64,000 nt of DNA from Lingula anatina (lineage: Eukaryota; Animalia; Brachiopoda): assembly GCA_051362555.1 (NCBI GenBank), contig CM120646.1, positions 19,468,001-19,532,000 on the forward strand, read 5' to 3'. The translations under genes and the position numbers were made by a program. The notes beneath the pieces are model-generated. The model did not search any database. It had not been told where the DNA came from and saw only the letters and a list, made by a program, of their open reading frames with translations. This document shows, in pieces, positions 62,801-64,000 of the stretch. The first letter of the stretch is position 1, and every line of letters starts with the position of its first letter.

Positions 62801-63975
62801 TGACTGCTCTAAAGAATAATAAACTTTTCTGCGTACAGCAGGGATAACAGGGGCGGATCCAGAGATATTTAATATTTTCTGACAGTCTTCCCAGTAATGT
62901 TGATCCATCCTCCATTTTTGACCGCCTTTCAACAGAAATATTACATATACCCGCCAATGAAAACTTGAAAATCTAACCGTCTTCCGGAAGAACCAGAAGA
63001 TGCCCTAAATCCGCCTCCTGAATATGTTCTCAATGAAAGAGTCGGACGTGATAAGAGATCGAAATAACCTACCCGTATCCGGCAGAATTTTGTCAGTTTC
63101 TCGCTTGTCAGTTTTATTTCCTACTTCTGCTTTGTCTACCTCACCGGCCTGCCAATGAAAATAACATCCTCTGCTTCTGCATTTCCCGTTTTATTTCCTT
63201 TTTCATTGTCCCGTAGAGTTTTTCTTCTCTCTTTCAACTCACGTGTACTCGGACTACCCTCCATCTTGGTTTGCAGTGACATCCGGGTCTTCTCCAGAGC
63301 GTAGTAAACAGTAGTATTCAGTCATATGCAAATTGAGGCAAGTCCCAGAATTCCATGCATAGGGGAGTAATGGCGAGAAGTTTAGACGAAAAAAAAATGC
63401 TGCGCTTTTTTTTCTTTAAGTGATCTTAAAAACCTATACCTCGACCTTTATTTTCTCAATGGTTTTGTGTGAGACATGCTTTGGGGTTCAGGATCAAATA
63501 GGCAAAGTTTCAGAGAAAGGCCTATTTAAGCGTCTACAGCGGAAAGACATCCTTTAAAGGGTATCGGAGTTCAAAGAAGCGTATCGGCAAAAAAAGTAGC
63601 GTATCGGCAAAAAAAAATAGCGTATCGGGGCCGATACGCTATAAAGGCCTGGGGAGAACCCTGATTTGTATACACAGCTCAGCTGGGCCAATTAAATCAA
63701 TTACCTGTGTCATGTGTATTTGGAAGTTAGTGGCTTGATTTTAGATTTGGTGTAGTGTTAATGTTTTGTAAGTATATATTCTAGCTCAGGTATCATTTAA
63801 TTGACATATAACTTAATGAAATTAATTTGAAAAATGTTAAATTCTGTGTTTTCCTACTGTATTTCACGTTACAATATGAATAAAAATAAATATTGTTACC
63901 TTTTTTTTGTTAATTTACATTTAGGATCTGGCATTTTCCCACCAAGCCACACTGAATGATTGGGTGCAAGTAAAT
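20494..63975 (-). CDS. Giant type-I membrane protein, 5'-incomplete: Cys-containing N-terminal part + ~7,500 aa K/R-rich repeat region + 25 EGF repeats + TM + acidic tail. Model: complement(join(20494..20655,20911..20967,21310..21415,21693..21837,22208..22261,22604..22757,23011..23134,23482..24375,24617..26630,27139..49627,51000..51142,52994..53070,63900..63975)), about 8,830 aa visible
   Basis: 13 exons with GT-AG sites, phase-matched at all 12 junctions and without internal stops; EGF modules are rejoined correctly across introns. The three 5'-most exons are less certain; no start codon or signal peptide seen in the window. Confidence 0.8.
21693..21837 (-). CDS. Transmembrane exon
   Basis: ATPVPTKMTPTKKHVEKKISKT-FIIGIAGAVSLFIILCGVLLMMYCY-KR: hydrophobic stretch followed by basic stop-transfer residues; phases 1 and 2 match neighbours. 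Confidence 0.85.
22208..24375 (-). CDS. EGF repeats 18-25, a truncated 4-Cys EGF and juxtamembrane stalk (exons 23482..24375, 23011..23134, 22604..22757, 22208..22261)
   Basis: Six-Cys EGF spacing; CVSRPCKNNG(R)|CESLSEGYKCQC and CRNRGVCQ|NTKTGLSCRC are completed only by the predicted splices. Confidence 0.9.
24617..26630 (-). CDS. Single exon encoding 17 tandem EGF-like repeats, nine with calcium-binding-type N-terminal consensus (NINEC, NIDDC, EMDEC etc.)
   Basis: ORF 24598..26700; acceptor TATTTAG|TG before 26630 (phase 1; in-frame alternative at 26618); donor CAG|GTTAGC after 24617. Confidence 0.93.
27139..49627 (-). CDS. 22,489-nt exon encoding ~7,500 aa Lys/Arg-rich tandem-repeat region
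   Basis: Uninterrupted frame from acceptor ACATTTAG|GTA (49627, phase 0) to donor GCAG|GTAAAC (27139, phase 1, matching the EGF exon); includes track ORF 27059..49330. Confidence 0.85.
28330..49330 (-). repeat. Coding tandem array of roughly 65-70 units of 330 bp (110 aa) and 294 bp (98 aa), including a 624-bp higher-order repeat
   Basis: Recurring RP(A/S/T/V)LKPK and KIKVNKKK motifs; periods read from homologous positions: 43593/43923 (330), 37520/38108/38696/39284 (588 = 2x294), 33776/34400/35024 and 29078/29702/30326 (624). Confidence 0.95.
50129..50449. repeat. Two-copy tandem duplication, ~163-bp period, intronic
   Basis: GTATACCACCAGCAATTTGTTTACAAAT at 50129 and 50292 with near-identical continuation. 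Confidence 0.9.
50484..50517. repeat. (TA)n microsatellite
   Basis: About 17 TA units. Confidence 0.95.
51000..51142 (-). CDS. Exon upstream of the giant exon
   Basis: Acceptor CTAAACAG, donor CAG|GTTAGT; open frame EGEQFSKCTYKVLGCLSHATHQGEAKVVKKNPPGTSLNVLRSSQHCSQ; phase 0 end matches the giant exon. Confidence 0.7.
52156..52457. mobile_element. Fold-back MITE, PIF/Harbinger (Tourist)-like, TTA TSD
   Basis: Arms of ~130 bp are near-perfect reverse complements (GATCGCATTCACAACGAGTTGAGCCAGGC... / ...GCCTGGCTCAACTCGTTGTGAATGCGGTC); TTA at 52153-52155 and 52458-52460. Confidence 0.85.
52994..53070 (-). CDS. Putative upstream exon
   Basis: (R)QSKRKIKRKVFIHFKQSKCMGQSSE; donor GAAG|GTAACA phase 1 matches exon 51000..51142; alternative acceptor at 53081. 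Confidence 0.55.
53176..53300 (+). mobile_element. Diverged left-end fragment of the same HINE-like family as 55544..58308
   Basis: AACTAGA..TCAGAGAGGC.ATAC...TATTGTACCACCAGCTG...GCTTGACAAGCT shared with 55544..55680. Confidence 0.6.
53439..53653. mobile_element. Degenerate Harbinger-like MITE
   Basis: Imperfect TIRs CCCTATTTCCA / TGGGAATAGAGCC with subterminal TAGATCGA motifs; TTA on both flanks. Confidence 0.45.
53766..53815 (+). repeat. Poly-G tract (~50 nt, one interruption)
   Basis: Seen directly; length may be a sequencing artefact. Confidence 0.85.
55544..58308 (+). mobile_element. Non-autonomous Helentron-associated (HINE/DINE-1/pearl-like) element with internal satellite array
   Basis: Left end AACTAGA, small hairpin GAGGCG-ATAC-CGCCTC, sub-TIR TATTGTACCACCAGC (55579-55593); right end has CCGGCGGAG mini-repeats and a hairpin TGTACCGCCAGCG...CGCTGGTGGTACA whose arm is the matching sub-TIR (58292-58306); internal tandem array. 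Confidence 0.7.
55750..57309. repeat. Tandem array of a 146-bp unit, ~10.7 copies
   Basis: Unit starts (GTAGGTCAAAGGTCA) at 55750, 55894, 56040, 56186, 56332, 56469, 56615, 56761, 56907, 57053, 57199. Confidence 0.95.
58399..59388 (+). mobile_element. ~1-kb TTAA-flanked element (Kolobok-like) carrying a first coding exon
   Basis: Imperfect TIRs ttaaAGACAGTCTCAGCGCGTTA versus reverse-complement ttaaAGGACAACTCAGTGGGTTA; internal ATG 58699 reading MAQTRVK...TVYVGREVGRWRTLKAELGLTYEAMAKLLLD ending at a GTGAGT donor. Confidence 0.5.
59420..63553. mobile_element. ~4.1-kb decayed Kolobok-like DNA transposon
   Basis: TIRs AGGGGCTCTTTCCG / CGGAAAGACATCCT (11 of 14 match); TTAA at 59416-59419 and 63554-63557; possible degenerate THAP-like fragments on + near 60080-60190 and a disrupted minus-strand frame starting near 63264. 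Confidence 0.55.
59949..60550. repeat. Apparently perfect two-copy tandem duplication, 303-bp period
   Basis: 59949..60247 is repeated at 60252..60550 with a 4-nt CAAG spacer. Confidence 0.95.
63900..63975 (-). CDS. Putative 5'-most visible exon of the giant gene
   Basis: T-rich tract and AAG acceptor; LLAPNHSVWLGGKMPDPKCKLTKK(R); donor AG|GTAACA phase 2 matches the acceptor at 53070. Confidence 0.5.
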
Positions 63976-64000
63976 CTTGATTATAAAAAAAAAACAAAAA

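Larger units (their letters stand above)
53687..63663. mobile_element. ~10-kb composite DNA transposon with 16-bp TIRs and 5-bp TSD (hAT5-like), hosting nested insertions
   Basis: CAGGGTTCTCCCCAGG at 53687 and CCTGGGGAGAACCCTG ending at 63663; ATTTG at 53682-53686 and 63664-63668; subterminal GCGTATCGG repeats at ~63579-63640; no intact transposase. Confidence 0.75.

Noticed and set aside
63700-63782. Possible extra minus-strand exon ending at a CAG|GTAATT donor near 63704
   Set aside because: All three frames from the nearest plausible acceptor contain stops

Overview
AT-rich, intron-containing animal (invertebrate-like) genomic window with two convergent genes. (1) A three-exon even-skipped/Evx homeobox gene on + (8752..16466, 347 aa), with candidate TCF/Cdx-site enhancers around it. 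(2) A very large gene on - that can be spliced by hand from at least 63975 down to a stop at 20494, with canonical GT-AG sites and matching phases at every junction. It encodes at least ~8,800 aa: a short Cys-containing N-terminal part (5' end outside the window), one 22.5-kb exon giving ~7,500 aa of Lys/Arg-rich 98/110-aa tandem repeats, 25 Notch-type EGF repeats, a transmembrane helix, and an acidic tail with YxxPhi and acidic-cluster motifs. This membrane-tethered, megadalton-scale polycation is the main novelty candidate. Its upstream intron is filled by a ~10-kb nest of DNA transposons: a CAGGG-TIR element with a 5-bp TSD, a Helentron/HINE-like element with a 146-bp array, and two TTAA-TSD elements. 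All splice models and family assignments are by eye, with no database searches or expression data.
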